This document shows positions 37,081 through 51,017 of a DNA stretch of 64,000 nucleotides, piece by piece. The DNA is from Haliotis cracherodii (taxonomy: Eukaryota): positions 27,156,001 through 27,220,000 of the forward strand of contig NW_027266270.1 in the NCBI RefSeq assembly GCF_022045235.1, given 5' to 3'. Below the pieces are notes generated by a model. The model was given only the letters and a program-made list of their open reading frames with translations, was not told the origin of the DNA and ran no database searches. Position 1 is the stretch's first letter. Each line of letters starts with the position of its first letter. The position numbers were made by a program, and so were the translations under genes.

Positions 37081-38064
37081 CTGATAAGTACTCTCATTCC
37101 AGAGTATGGGTGTTAAATACTCAGAGACACAATAAACCTGCCAACATTGTACATCTGTTTTATAGTGGGGTTGCACAGGGTCAGGCAGGATACACGAGAG
37201 CTGATCTTCATCTGAATACAATCCATAACCATCAGACATTTTGTCCACCTGATCCACCTTTTTATCACTTTTATGATAAGCAGGGGATACCTGCTCTGTC
37301 TCTGAAGACAAATCTGTAACAGTTCTTGGAGGGATGTAAGCAGTTATGAAGAGTATTCTGTCAAATCTGTCAGTATAATGTACTGAGTTCTCAGTTATGT
37401 AGTCTACACAATATTGTCTAAGGAGTCTCGAAAGCCATTAAGATGGTTAGTTCTTGAAAAGAAATCAATATGGAGGGTTGTGTAGGGGCAGTGGTACAGA
37501 GCCTCATTAAACTGATGGAGTATCAAGAGGCAGTCGCATGTGTTTGTAAGAGCAACACCAGTCCGGCCTGCCACACTCCATCGTAAGCCTATAGGTGTTG
37601 TAGCCCTCCGAGACACATCCAGACACCTCCCACCATAATTACATCCACCCCAGCCATAGATGTCCTTGTAATTAAGAAAGGAGCCTCCAACTGCTACACC
37701 AGGGAGGGTAAGTCCCAGGTCAACGGAGGAGGGACAGCGGCATCGGACAGTGGAGGCAGCAGTGTTGTTTCAGTGCTGGTTTGAAGGAGAGAAGCTCCCC
37801 CTGCCAGCAGAGCACTTCACGTACATGGATACTGCCACAATTGATTGACCCTATCTCTGCTGACCTTCCTGTGGTTTCTGTTGGAGGTGTTGCGATTTAT
37901 TGAACATGTGAATGTTTTAAAAGGTGGTGTTGTGAGCCTATGCAAGAGACTTGGCATGTAAAGTGGAGTGTATTGTATCTAGGTAATGGTATAGACTCTT
38001 CGTCCTCTGACCTCACATCTTTGCACCATAGCCGTGGATTGGATTTGAAAGTTCAGGAATTAAG

Positions 38065-38326
38065 GTTGGTTTTTTGTTGCTTGTTTTGTTTTTTTACGCC
38101 TCACTCAGCAATATTCCACCTATATGACAGCAATAGGTAAATAATAGATTCTGGACGAGGCAATCCAATGATTGACATCATGAGAATCGATCTACGCAAT
38201 TGGGATACATTGACATGCAGTCAACCAATTCACCACATCTGACCAACGGATTGGTCGCATGTTATGACAAGTATAGGTTGCTGTGGTTCTCTATTTCTAT
38301 ACTTTTAACTGGAATCTTCACAGGTT
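38065..38326 (-). mobile_element. Family B retroposon, diverged full length
   Basis: Reverse complement of family B from the tail to the head remnant gaatcttcacagg. Confidence 0.8.
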
Positions 38327-39429
38327 TGTTGATGTAGGTAGTAAGGGAGAATATACACGCCTTGGGATATTGGAGGGAAAGTGACTTAGTGTCTGTGGCT
38401 GTTTAGATGTTGTCATGCAGTAAAGACTTAATAACTCATACTAGTCTTACATATAGTTCCAAAAATAAAGTTATGTATAAGATTAAAAAAAAATAATTTG
38501 AAAAAAAGGAATGTTCAATTTTTAAGGTACCCTCAAATCTCTTATTTTCAGAGCTGATAGGGGATGAGTATATATAGGCTGCTGGATCTGGAATTGTCAT
38601 AAAAATGGAAAAAGGGTGACTGTTTAATGACATAGATGATCTGGGGTCTGGGACAGAGACTATGGAAATCCTACCACATACAAATTGAATTATCAGCTCT
38701 CCGATCATCTTGAATTAAACTTGACACTAATTCACATGTTCCTATACTTCTCAACTTTTGATAGGGACATTTGTAATTTTGTGATACCGTATATTCCTGT
38801 CAAATGTTGAGTGGTAATTGATGGTCACATGTGTCGTGTATTTAACTGATAAAGGATTTGTTGTTTGTATAATAACACAGGAAAACATTTTCAATGCTCA
38901 CAATTAAAATTGAATCCCATAATGCTAATTTAAAAAGACATCAAACCAACTGAAATATGATTTCTTGTTTTCATGATAATGTTGATAGAAAGAAGGATTT
39001 GAATGATTGGAATATTTCACATCAAGACACCAAAACATGATGATATATCTTCCCCGGTTGTTCAAGACAAATACAGATTTAGACATAGAAAACCACATGG
39101 AATTGTTGTGCAAAAGTTGGGATATTGTAGGATTTGAGAAAAATATATTTCGCCTTATAACAAAACTAACAAATTCATGTAGCCATTATGAAATTCTCTT
39201 ATAACCGGATAATATTATCAAAGAGTAAAATTACAAAACAGGAAAAACATATTTCCTCAAGTGAGAATTAATACTTGCTGATGACGCATAATGTTGATCT
39301 ATTTCCTCAAAAGCTTCATGATGGTGCTCGAGAAGAACAAGCCACAGCACTTCATACTTGTGCTGAGACTGAAGTGGAGATTGGGTGGCCATAGTGAGGT
39401 CACCATTGTGTAACACAATGATTTTGAGC

Positions 39430-39546
39430 CCCTGGTTGAAGGGATAGTCTAGCGGTTAAAGTGTTCACTTGTCATGCAAAGGCCTTAGTTTTAGCCTGTA
39501 GTGCTGTAACTATTACATAAAGAACACTCACTTACTCACTCACTCA
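39430..39546 (+). mobile_element. SINE A relic with an internal deletion
   Basis: tagtctagcggttaaagtgttcacttgtcatgc followed by an (ACTC)-type tail. Confidence 0.55.
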
Positions 39547-39989
39547 TATGAGTATAAAACAGGCAGTACGTCTCACTCATTGTTACTCAAACATGTATAT
39601 TACAGTTGTCAGTTTATGCAACAAGTTATACACTTTGGGCAGCATGCAAACAGATATAAATTAAAAGTTACCCGAAACAGCATTTTTAGCAGAAATGTTT
39701 AAAAAAAAGTCTACTTGCTGGTGTAAAACTATTCAATAGACTAGACCCAAACTGCGTACAAATATGTTGAATACCCAAAGATAACTATCAATACTCAGTG
39801 TGAATGATATTTGTGAATAATCACTCATTGTCTTAAAATAGTATCTGGAGCCCTGTGATACTCAAACTTTGAGAATCTCTGAGAGACCGAGATCTACAGT
39901 TGTGTGATGGCTTGTTGATACTTAGCATGCTCACAAACCTAGGGCAGTCATACATTACTTTGAACAGGCAAACAAACAACAATAATAAA

Positions 39990-41107
39990 TTACAAGTCAC
40001 TTTACTGACAACATTGCAGCTCACTTTACTGACAACATTGCAGCTTACTTTACTGACAACATTGCAGCTTACTTTACTGATAACATTGCAGCTTACTTTA
40101 CTGATAACATTGCAGCTCACTTTACTGATAACATTGCAGCTCACTTTACTGATAACATTGCAGCTCACTTTACTGATAACATTGCAGCTCACTTTACTGA
40201 CAACATTGCAGCTTACTTTACTGATAACATTGTAGCTCACTTTACTGATAACATTGCAAGTCAATTTACTGACAACATTGCAAGACACTTTACTGACAAC
40301 ATTGCAACTCACTTTACTGACAACATTGCAGCTTACTTTACTGATAACATTGCAGCTTACTTTACTGATAACATTGCAGCTCACTTTACTGATAACATTG
40401 CAGCTCACTTTACTGATAACATTGCAGCTCACTTTACTGATAACATTGCAGCTCACTTTACTGATAACATTGCAGCTCACTTTACTGACAACATTGCAGC
40501 TCACTTTACTGATAACATTGCAGCTCACTTTACTGACAACATTGCAGCTCACTTTACTGATAACATTGCAGCTCACTTTACTGATAACATTGCAGCTCAC
40601 TTTACTGATAACATTGCAGCTTACTTTACTGACAACATTGCAGCTCACTTTACTGACAACATTGCAAGTCAATTTACTGACAACATTGCAAGACACTTTA
40701 CTGACAACATTGCAACTCACTTTACTGACAACATTGCAAGTCAATTTACTGACAACATTGCAAGACACTTTACTGACAACATTGCAAGACACTTTACTGA
40801 CAACATTGAAAGACACTTTACCGACAACATTGAAAGACACTTTACCGACATCATTGCAGCTCACTTAACTGACAACAGTGCAGCTCACTTTACTGACAAC
40901 ATTGAAAGACACTTTATCGACAACATTGAAAGACACTTTACTGACAACATTGCAGCTCACTTTACTGACAACATTGCAGCTCACTTTACTGACAACATTG
41001 CAAGACACTTTACCGACAACATTGCAACACTTTACTGACAACATTGCAACTCACTTTACTGACAACATTGCAAGTCAATTTACTGACAACATTGCAAGAC
41101 ACTTTAA
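39990..41107. repeat. 24-bp minisatellite, about 46 units
   Basis: Unit cactttactga(c/t)aacattgcagct, which is the source of the 343-aa and 204-aa ORFs. Confidence 0.97.
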
Positions 41108-41727
41108 GCACATGGTTCTGTAAGATGGGTTCAGTGAGATGGGTGGTTACAGCATTGACTCATCTTAACTGGCTTCAGTTTCCCACATTCACACAGTGTT
41201 TTGAGCTCATTCTTGATGGCTCCCATCATGGTATGGCTGATATGTTCCTCAACCTGTGTAAATGATACACACTCAAAGGGATGAATGTTTTCTTATAGTG
41301 TAAATATTTCTTGATGTTATCACAGGATTGAAATAACTGCTAGCCTTCTTCCTTACAGCTTAGTGGTCTGTCATATCTGAAGTCTACTTCAGAGCACATA
41401 ACAGTCTGGTAGTTAGATAGACAGCTCTGTATGTTGTGGTCTCACTCACAGAGTATCCATTAGATAAGATACATTTGTAAATCCACTGCTGACAGGTCAT
41501 CTGGCAATCTAAATTGTTTCTGAATGGCAAGCGGGGAGATAGTATCACCATTATGACAAGTGACATGATAATACCCCGTTATAATGAGGACCCGGTGCCC
41601 TGTGTGGTCAAGCTGAGTCTCCTGCCCTGAAGCCATGTGGTTGACCACTGCATCCATATAGTCCTCAGGTCATCATTAGGCCAATCAGAAGGCCTACAGT
41701 AGCCTGTCACTGTATTTCTAATGTATA

Positions 41728-41850
41728 CTACTCAAAAGAAGTTAAGGATCATCGATTCTTTCATATTACTCATTGTTAATCTGCCCTGAAATGAGAGATT
41801 ACCTGCAGAAATATGAAATAATCGGGTGATCCTTAAGTTCTTTTGAGTAG
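41728..41850. mobile_element. 123-bp Tc1/mariner-type MITE
   Basis: TIRs ctactcaaaagaagttaaggatca and tgatccttaagttcttttgagtag, with TA on both sides. Solo ends occur at about 7311 and 34978. Confidence 0.88.
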
Positions 41851-41864
41851 TATACTGTGGCATG

Positions 41865-43005
41865 ATGAAACCCAGCAAAGCAGAAGCAGTGTGGTTTAAC
41901 AGAAAAAATATACACTATCATACCCTTGTATTTCTATAATAACATGGGATGGGACCCTCCAGCACAGAAGAAGCAGTGCAGTCTTTTGTTGTTAAACAGA
42001 ACAATATACATTATCATACCCTTGTATATCTGTAATAACATGAGATGAGACCCTTCAAAGCAGAAGAAGCAGTGTTGTCTTAAAGGGACAGTACATCAAT
42101 GGTTCTGTGTGTTCTTAAATCATGTTTGAAAAAATTTCCGAGTGTGACGTCACATGGCAGATTCAATTCTCAAACCAAAACAATAGAGCTCCACACAGTG
42201 AAGCTGACAATGTAAATACTGCGCAGAGTAAACTGGCTTCAATCATGTTTTTTATTTGAGGAAACTTGAAGAAAAAACTCATGTGTTTTTTTTTGGCAGG
42301 TGAGTTACAAAATATTAATTGTCAACTTGATTAGATTAGAAGCCAGTGTTTATCAAAGTCTAGACTACAATATAAAAAATGCCTCGGTTGTACAAAGCCA
42401 ATCACTCTCCAACCCAGAGTTCCTTATGGCCAGCGGAGTACCTCTGTCACATCGTCACATATAACACAGTCCATTCAAGTGTTTTTCATCCGTTTCATTT
42501 TGGTCGAGTCTACACATTTAGATACACATAACTCTCATTGAGAAAATATCCTAAAATGTAAAAAAATATTTCCATTTGCATGCGTATTTATCCTTCATGT
42601 ACTGTGATCAAAGCTCTAAGGAAAGTCAGTCATATGGTCACTTTGATGCGTAAAGCTATACTGTCATGCTATATAATATATAACAATATGTAAACATACC
42701 GAAAGGCTTGCTTAAGGCCTGTCAGTGCTTATTTCAGAAGAGAAAACAAGAGAAAAGTCAGTCACATGATAAGTCTTCACTCTGGTGTGGTCACTGGTGC
42801 AGAACATTCTCTAGTCGGTAGTAATATGTCGAGAAGAGCCATGTAAGCTTAGTACAATGCTTCAGAACGGTCAATATCTTTTCCTTTAAGTGGTTTAACA
42901 TAAGGCGATAGATTATTGTATCACTGTATTTCTAATACCATATGGGATGATGAGATTCACCAATGCAGAAGAAGCAGGGTAATTTTAAGTAGTTAAACAG
43001 AAGGG
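41865..43005. repeat. Degenerate ~110-bp tandem repeat split by a TTAA insertion
   Basis: cagaagaagcagtg...ttaacaga...tatcatacccttgtat units at 41865-42080 that resume at 42890. Confidence 0.65.
42084..42885. mobile_element. Kolobok-like non-autonomous DNA transposon
   Basis: ttaa|agggaca...ttcct|ttaa boundaries, and the flanking tandem repeat resumes after the right TTAA. The TIRs are degenerate. Confidence 0.6.
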
Positions 43006-43029
43006 AATACAGTCTCTGGTCATCACTAC

Positions 43030-43299
43030 ATTGTTTGTTTTGTTTGTTTGTTGTTTGATGCTCCACTCAGCAATATTCCAGCTATATGATAGAGGTAGAT
43101 AATCGAGTCTGGACCAGACAATCCAGTGTTTGATAGCACGAACATTGATCCACGCAATTGGGATACGATGACATGCATCAACCAAGTCAGGGAACCTGAC
43201 CATCTAATCCCTTTAGTTGCCTCTTACTACAAGCATAGTTGCCTTTTAGGGCAAGCATGGATTGCTGAAGACCTATTTTACCGCGGATCTTCACGGCTC
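43030..43299 (-). mobile_element. Family B retroposon, full length
   Basis: Reverse complement of 52677-52941, including the head and the 22-bp internal duplication. Confidence 0.92.
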
Positions 43300-43402
43300 C
43301 TCTACATTGATATGTTCATATAGGTTTAAAGTATCACATCACTGCATGTAGACTAATTTATGGTCAATAAAGTATTATTTAAACCAATAAATGCGAAAAT
43401 TC

Positions 43403-44830
43403 TGAGGTCATGTTTAGACCTAGCAGTGTAGTGTGATAGAAGGGTATTGGAAGGATATACACTATGGTATCATGAGGTCGTGTTTAGACCAGGAGTATAG
43501 TGTGATAGAGGGGTATTGGAAGGATATACACTTTCGTATCATGAGGTCATGTTTAGACAGCAGTGTAGTGTAGTGTGATAGAGGGGTATTGGAAGGATAT
43601 ACACTATGGTATCATAGGGTCAGTTTAGACCAGCAGTGTAGTGTGATAGAAGGGTATTGGGAGGATATACACTATGGTATCATGAGGTCATGTTTAGACC
43701 AGCAGTGTAGTGTGATAGAAGGGTATTGGGAGGATATACACTATGGTATCATGAGGTCATGTTTAGACCAGCAGTGTAGTGTGATAGAGGGGTATTGGAA
43801 GGATATACACTATGGTATCATGAGGTCATGTTTAGACCAGCAGTGTAGTGTGATAGAGGGGTATTGGAAGGATATACACTATGGTATCATGCGGTCATGT
43901 TTAGACCAGCAGTGTAGTGTGATAGAAGGGTATTGGAAGGATATACACTATGGTATCATGAGGTTATGTTTAGACCAGCAGTGTATTGTGATAGAAGGGT
44001 ATTGGGAGGATATACACTGTGGTATCATGAGGTCATGTTTAGACCAGCAGTGTAGTGTCGTGTGATAGAGGGGTATTGGAAGGATATACACTATGGTATC
44101 ATGAGGTCATGTTTAGACCAGCAGTGTAGTGTGATAGAGGGGTATTGGAAGGATATACACTATGGTATCATAGGGTCATGTTTAGACCAGCAGTGTAGTG
44201 TGATAGAGGGGTATTGGAAGGATATACACTATGGTATTATAGGGTCATGTTTAGACCAAGCAGTGTAGTGTGATAGAGGGGTATTGGAAGGATATACACT
44301 ATGGTATTATAGGGTCATGTTTAGACCAAGCAGTGTAGTGTGATAGAGGGGTATTGGAAGGATATACACTATGGTATTATAGGGTCATGTTTAGACCAAG
44401 CAGTGTAGTGTGATAGAGGGGTATTGGAAGGATATACACTATGGTATCATGAGGTCATGTTTAGACCAGCAGTGTAGTGTGATAGAGGGTCATTGGAAGG
44501 ATATACACTATGGTATCATGAGGTTATGTTTAGACAGCAGTGTAGTGTGATAGAGGGGTATTGGAAGGATATACACTATGGTATCATGAGGTCATGTTTA
44601 GACCAGCAGTGTAGTGTGATAGAGGGGTATTGGATGGATATACACTATGGTATCATGTGGTCATGTTTAGACCAGCAGTGTAGTGTGATAGAAGGGTATT
44701 GGAAGGATATACACTATGGTATCATGCGGTCATATTAAGACCAGCGGTCATGTTTAGACCAAGCAGTGTAGTGTGATAGAGGGGTATTGGAAGGATATAC
44801 ACTATGGTATCATGTGGTCCTGTTTAGATA
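43403..44830. repeat. 69-bp minisatellite, about 20 units
   Basis: Unit gaggtcatgtttagaccagcagtgtagtgtgatagaggggtattggaaggatatacactatggtatcat, with indels that break the frame. Confidence 0.97.
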
Positions 44831-45833
44831 TGGGTATGGAAGTCAATATACTATCATGAAGTTTTTGACACTGTATTATTATGGATTTGTGATGAACTAT
44901 CAGTGTCTGGACATGACACAGTGGTTATGTAAACCATTACACATTGTATTTTCCATAGTATTGGCAGAACGTTTGTACTGTAATCTATTGCAGGTATCTG
45001 TATTGCTACACATTGTACACATTGCGATGTATTTGAAGCTTCAGTGTTTGACAATGAATGACACTGATTATACATGCAGATCCTATTTTCAACACATTAA
45101 AGTAAATATTACTCAGCATGGTCAGACGCCACCATTTTTTATTCAGGGGAGATAACAAGTCGGGAGAAAAATCATTTCTGTGTTTCTGATGTTTTGCCAA
45201 TCATCTTGGAAGGGAAACATCATTTGTGAATGAATTTCTGTATATTTTAGGTTAAACAATACAAATATAATAACAAAATGGGTTATATTGTTTTTATTCA
45301 ATATACCAGAACACAGACAAAAATTGCAATGCATATCGTTTGAAAAGTGTATTGCAGTATTCCGTGCAGTCAGACCTATAAGTATACCAAGGAAATGTTG
45401 TTTTTTGGATGATCAGATCTTAAATAGTTAATTGTCATAATCAAATCACATTATAGATTTCTGATATACCTTGTTTCAAAAAGACAAGAAGAAAATGTAA
45501 AATGAGAAAACATGCCTGTATGTAGTGGCAGCTTTCTCCCAGAGAATATGAGTCACTGTGGTGATGGTTATTGTAAGCACATTGCAGCTTCTACCCTGAA
45601 GATCTGTCTACAGACTCCAACATCACTAATCAGACCATTCCTGGAGGCTCTGGTATAGCTTTTTCTGGGAACTTTGGCTCCCAGGTATATCATTTGTAGG
45701 TCAGCAGTAGTAATACTCATCTCTTGAAAAAGAAATATATATTTTGCCTTCTCACCATCTGTTTAAAGAATGTTAAAAAGTCCATCGTGTGTTTTATTTT
45801 GTACTTAAACCGAGTTAATATGACAATCTTCAA

Positions 45834-45964
45834 AGCTAAGTGGACACAATTTATAGATAACTACTTCTTCAATTACTGTGAAGGCGAAGTTTCGGTTTAG
45901 ATCCTTAAACCGATGTCTTACAGAAATTAAAGAAGTTGTTATCCATAAATTATATCTACTTTGG
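45834..45964. repeat. ~130-bp imperfect hairpin
   Basis: The arms aatttatagataactacttcttcaattactgt...cggttta and taaaccg...acagaaattaaagaagttgttatccataaatt are complementary. Confidence 0.75.
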
Positions 45965-46324
45965 CATTACCTAGAAGTTGACAGATGACAATCAAACAAT
46001 TCATTTTCAAAACTGTAAAACCATTTTTGTATGTCATCAATTTGTGCATAAAATCAAACTGGATATGGATTGTGATAGAGTTAGGGTAATAAATCACAAC
46101 TAATTATCATTTCTTTTCAGACTATTCGTGAAAAATTATGTCAGTGTTGCATGTTATTTATTGTGTCAAATTCCTGCTAATGCTATATATATTAAAATAT
46201 TAATCATACAGATTGATGTATTTGTACTTACTTACTCAAACTATTCAGCAATGCACAGTCAGTTTTCGTATTTCATGAAGCTTTGGGTTTGTGTTATTTG
46301 TCCAAGAAGAATCAGTATAACTGA

Positions 46325-46446
46325 ATTTCTATAATAATACTGTAATATTTCTATAATAATGCTGTAATAATATTATTATTATTATAATTATAATTATTAT
46401 AATAATAATAATATTTATTATTATTGTTGTTGTTATTAATATTATA
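46325..46446. repeat. (AAT)/(ATT) low-complexity tract
   Basis: Alternating AAT and TAT runs. Confidence 0.8.
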
Positions 46447-49144
46447 CCATTTCCTGGGGTAAATGAGATATTTCATGGCTTTAACATCAAACAACAAGTA
46501 ACAGCAAAACAAAACTAACATTATGTTTGGGACAAACAGTTAATTTGGTGTGGCCCACCATTGAAAGTGATGGTGTTTGCTATGAAAGAGTCAAATCCCC
46601 ACCACTGTGTTGTGTACCACACTCGCCCTGGGGACAGACAGCCACTTGACTCAGATTTTCACATGGGGAGTTGCTATGTGGAGTGCTGGGTTACAGAGGG
46701 GAAGATTCATTGCCAGAGCATCTATCCCAACACTAGCCCCTCCCCACCCCCTGGGGTTCCTGCTAGAAGTGGCCCCACAATCTCCTGCATGTCAAAAGAG
46801 GCTAAAGAAGTGTCAGAAGACTTTGGACTATTTGGAAATTATTATTTAATTCAGAGAACTAAATAAAACAGTTAAATATTTGTTGATAAATGTTGTACCT
46901 GTAAAAGACATCCTTGTCAGACTATCTAAGACCTGCTAATTACCGCGATACAAGCAGTTACCGGTCCAGTTTGTTTTATAATCTTCAACATGTTTTGTTC
47001 CGAGAAGAGTCTGGTGTATACTGTTGACCTATCTGACTTGCTATTGACTATGATATTATAATTGGCATGACATCAGATTTTCATTTGGGTACCAGTAAAT
47101 TATCTTTAGAAAAGAATTAAATGTATTTTTTGTTGTACAAAACACCCACATGGGACAGGGTACAAACATCCAAGAAGTGTTATAAAGTTTCCTCATTACA
47201 ATAGTGTATTATACAGTGGTATATACAAGACATAGATATGAGCTGCATACAGTTATAGTGTATATGAAATAGGACGGTTAGTTTGACGTAAGTTTAGTTT
47301 GACATAATAAATCTTAGCAACATTTTCCTTCCTTAAGACGACTTTTCATGTATAACTTTTACAAGTTCACTTGGACAATCTTTTGAGGGTTCATAATTAA
47401 TGTCAGTTTGTTTATGTGAATATTGTTTGTTAGAGATGCTGTGGGTCAGTTGGTGTGGAAGTAAGTTAATGTCAACTCATATGTAGGATGTTTACTAGCT
47501 GGGCAGTAACAAGTAGTTACCTCTGGCAGATAGTTTGTTATCTCTCCCAGATGTTTGCAATGGCCACAGACCCTGCTATGGTTTTGATTTGTTAATATTT
47601 AGAAATAACAGCTGTTTTCTGTTACAAATTGTAGATCTGAACAAGGGTGAATTAGGAAAATGGAGTGAAATTTTAAACAATTCCAACTGAATTTTGGTTT
47701 GGCTTCTGGCAACTGTTGCTTGATCTGTAAACCTCTTTCAGTTCCACGGTGTTCTTGTAGTTTATATAGAGTTGTCTCCCTTAGCAATGCAAGGATATAC
47801 TGATCATTGGTTCAGATCCATTTAGTGTCTCAGTCTGACAATACCATAGACTAACATTTAGTTTCTGTATTGAAAATAGTTTACAAAAATAATAGTTGTT
47901 AAATTGTCTTAATAAAATTGGTACCCCAATACCTGCCGTTAACATACATCCCCTCACTCATTGTTTGTTAGATGTAAGTTTTTCTATATGTCACTACTGT
48001 GGGCTACAGATCATCTAGACTTGCACAAGTCTCTAAGGCAATAATTATTCGTTTAAATCATAAGTTCTAGATTGTGTAAATAATAAGGACAAGTTGTCCA
48101 TGTAAGAGTCTGGAGTCCTTGCTGTCCTCATATCTAGACTTGCCTATTAGGAGGATAGAATTAAAACACATCCATAGACTTTTCTTTCAGTACAGCCTTG
48201 GAGCAAGGCTACAGAGCATCCTGTATGAAAAGTCAGCATATGTGCACTGTAGGATTTACACAACGCCTCTACATCTCCAATTGGCAACAAATCATGAAAT
48301 ATTTTTTAGATCTATGTGCCAATAGCTTCTTTGATCACTTTCCTCTAAATGTTTGTGTAACTTATTTCATCGTAAGTAAACTTTGTGTGATGATTCCAGA
48401 TCGAATGTGAAAATGTACGAGCTTTATAAAAACAAAATGTTGGTCCCCTGTTTATGAAGTTAGTCTTACAGTTTAACATTTTGTGTGCTCAAGTTTTTTT
48501 GTGTGGAGATGTAAGTTTGCAGTTGATGGAATAGAAAAAAATAGTTCTTTCAGAAGTCTTTTTTTTTAGGGTCAATGGATCCATAAACCAATGTTTTTAA
48601 CGTGTTCTGTATTGACTCAGTACGTCTTCATGGTTTGTTTTTGCACATGCCCTACAAAAAACATCAGGTTGCTAAGATTAATAGATTATAGCTCTGGAAC
48701 CACTCATAAACTCATGGACTTATCACAGCTTCATAGACTACTCCACAATCATAAACATTTATACCATTAATATAGCTCCTCAAACTAAACCAATAAATGA
48801 ATTTATAGCATGCATAAATAGCATGAGTTGTTGCACAGATTTACACATGTTTACTTTTGGGGGAGTGACCACTGTACCAACCTGTAGTTTACAGCCTGAG
48901 GGTCATGAAGGAATCACCAGTCTCACTAAGCCTTGTAAAGTTGATGACCCATATAGGTATTTAGGTTAAGCTGCTCTAAACTGAAACATGCATTAGGCTT
49001 GATTGTGGCCCTATTAGTTATGATGAAAGGACTGGGAGGAATTGTTTTCACAGTTTGATCCTTAATCCACCTTCCTCTGTCATCTGATGCATGTGTGGGA
49101 CGTGATGACCACCTCATGGTTGTACTGTAGGCCTCCGCACTAGG

Positions 49145-49477
49145 ACCCTAGGGCCCAGTGGTCTAAGGTCGACAAATTAGCTGTACAAAGTTGTTTTCCT
49201 TAGTTATGACAGGATCCACTGATTGTGGGTTTGAATCCTAGATTTGACTTGATTTTGATTTTTCAGAACCCTACCCATGCTTGTGGATTCACCCATGTAA
49301 ACACATCTAAGACATTGACCTCTTTGGTGATCCCACATGCATGGGTAAGGGGCTGACTGACCTAGAAGCATAATTTTGGTGAACCTGGGATTCAAACTCA
49401 CGGTCATTGGTTTCTGGTTGCCCAAGGGATGCAACTCTGCACAGTTAATTGCGGCAACTTAGATGAATGGTGCCCCT
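49145..49477. mobile_element. Two diverged family C SINEs fused tail-to-tail (+ at 49145-49320, - at 49320-49477)
   Basis: The plus part reads tgattgtgggtttgaatcc...ctacccatgcttgtgg. The minus part reverse-complements to ggggcacc...ctgtgcagagttgcatcccttgggca.ccagaaacc. Confidence 0.7.
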
Positions 49478-49604
49478 TATAATATTTAGAAAATAACCTA
49501 CAACATACAAGGAATTATGGGTCATCTATCTTCTTTAACTTTCAACATTAATTCATGAAGGACCAATAATCTGTTGTCAGTAGGTTATTTGTTTATATTC
49601 GTCT

Positions 49605-49763
49605 CACAATCCCACAAACATACGCAGCAAGTCCCAAGAACATGTACACAGTCTCACAAACATATGCACAATCCCACAAACATATACCCAGTCCCACAAA
49701 CATATACACAATCCCACAAACATATACACAGTCCCACAAACATATACACAGTCCCACAAACAT
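49605..49763. repeat. 20-bp minisatellite, about 8 units
   Basis: Unit acagtcccacaaacatatac. Confidence 0.9.
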
Positions 49764-50274
49764 GAAACTTTCCCAGCAATAAGTCGTCCGTGCCTGATTG
49801 TCCTGGGATACAGTATTATGTATGGAGAAACTGAAAATGTATTCCAGACTTGCAGAGCCAGTGAGTTCCTTGTCTAGCCATTATATATTACCTGGTATGT
49901 ATTGAGTAAAATCTACCACTAATGGTTCTGTGGATGTCTAGCATCTGCAGCCAAGCCATGCAGACAGTTAGCCCTTCACTTGCCCTGCCGTCAAGTGACC
50001 ACTCAGGAGGAACAAGCTGCAAGCACTTTCCACACCATAATTCAATTAGCGGTTCTGAGGACACCTATAATCACTTGGGCTCTAACTGGCTGCTGATTGG
50101 GGTGTTGGGTAGCAGGAAGCTAGTTTCTTCCTGTAATGTATTGATGTCATTTTGTCAATTAAGGCATGATATGAATGAAGTCCTGAGAGCATAGTTGGCA
50201 TGGTAATGTTTGATATCAGGAACGATTTGCCAGCTCATGTGTTTCATGTATATATCACATATATCATCCAAGGA

Positions 50275-50392
50275 GTGGTGTGGTGTGGTGTGTGGCCTGG
50301 CCAGTGGCGTGGCGTGGCGTGGTGTGGCATGGCGTGGCGTGGCGTGGCGTGGCGTGGGGTGGGGTGGCGATGGTGAGTGAGTGAGTGAGTGG
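50275..50392. repeat. (GGYGT)n pentanucleotide tract followed by (GAGT)n
   Basis: Read directly from the sequence. Confidence 0.9.
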
Positions 50393-50444
50393 CATTAAAC
50401 CTAACTTCAGCCAAATGTTTCTTGACACTGATGCTGCCCCTGCA

Positions 50445-50880
50445 GGTGAGAGTGAATGTTGTGTTTTGCTGCAGTATTACAGCTAATGGACAGCAGCCTG
50501 TGACAACCTCTGGTTAACAAGTCAGTGGTTGACTGCCTGCAATGCTGCATACTGTCTGTAAAGACAAGGCACTATCAGCCAAGTCACACAGTGAAACCTG
50601 CAATCCTCATTAGTCTTACCACAAAGATTGTACTGGTGGCTTATAGCCCATGTTTTAAACATTTGTTACATTTGACCACTTTCTAAATGGCATTGTGTAT
50701 TCATGTACAAATGATATTGTTATGCCCAAATATCATGACTCACTTGTGAATATATCGACTTGGTCTCATCTCTCTATAGCTGAAATAATGCTGATGCCAT
50801 GTTAAATTTTAACTCACTCACTTACTCACCACAAAGATGGGTACTGGGGACCTGAACTGACCTTGAATCCCCATGGGGTT
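50445..50880 (-). mobile_element. Old family B copy (TGGGGA/TCCCCA variant head) interrupted by a family E insertion
   Basis: Diverged body at 50445-50628. The head at 50828-50880 reads ccccatggggattcaagg...aggtccccagtacccat on the minus strand. Confidence 0.6.
50629..50827 (+). mobile_element. Family E retroposon fragment with the shared 3' tail
   Basis: 11-bp TSD accacaaagat (50618-50628 and 50828-50838), and tail tatagctgaaataatgctga...aactcactcac. Confidence 0.75.
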
Positions 50881-50963
50881 TCCGACTAGAAGGATTTACA
50901 AACCAGTTTTTACCTTTATACCTCCATAAACACAAAGTATTGAAGTAATTTCATACATGATGC

Positions 50964-51017
50964 GTCACGATATGCCTGAAATATTGCCGATGTGACTTTA
51001 AACATTAACTCACTCAC
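50964..51017 (+). mobile_element. 54-bp tail-only retroposon insertion
   Basis: A 13-bp TSD tcatacatgatgc (50951-50963 and 51018-51030) flanks only the shared 3' tail. Confidence 0.85.

Noticed and set aside
37072-37700. RT-like LYSDEDQL and DIRS/Ngaro gag-like words on the minus strand
   Set aside because: The resemblances are single, short and degenerate, with no supporting neighbouring motifs.
39833-40868. 343-aa (-) and 204-aa (+) ORFs
   Set aside because: They are translations of a 24-bp minisatellite that happens to lack stops in one frame on each strand. There is no unique coding flank, and indels break the frame near 41030.
43589-44738. Cys/Trp-containing 23-aa repeat ORFs
   Set aside because: They come from a 69-bp minisatellite with frequent 1-5 bp indels that shift the frame, which is inconsistent with coding constraint.
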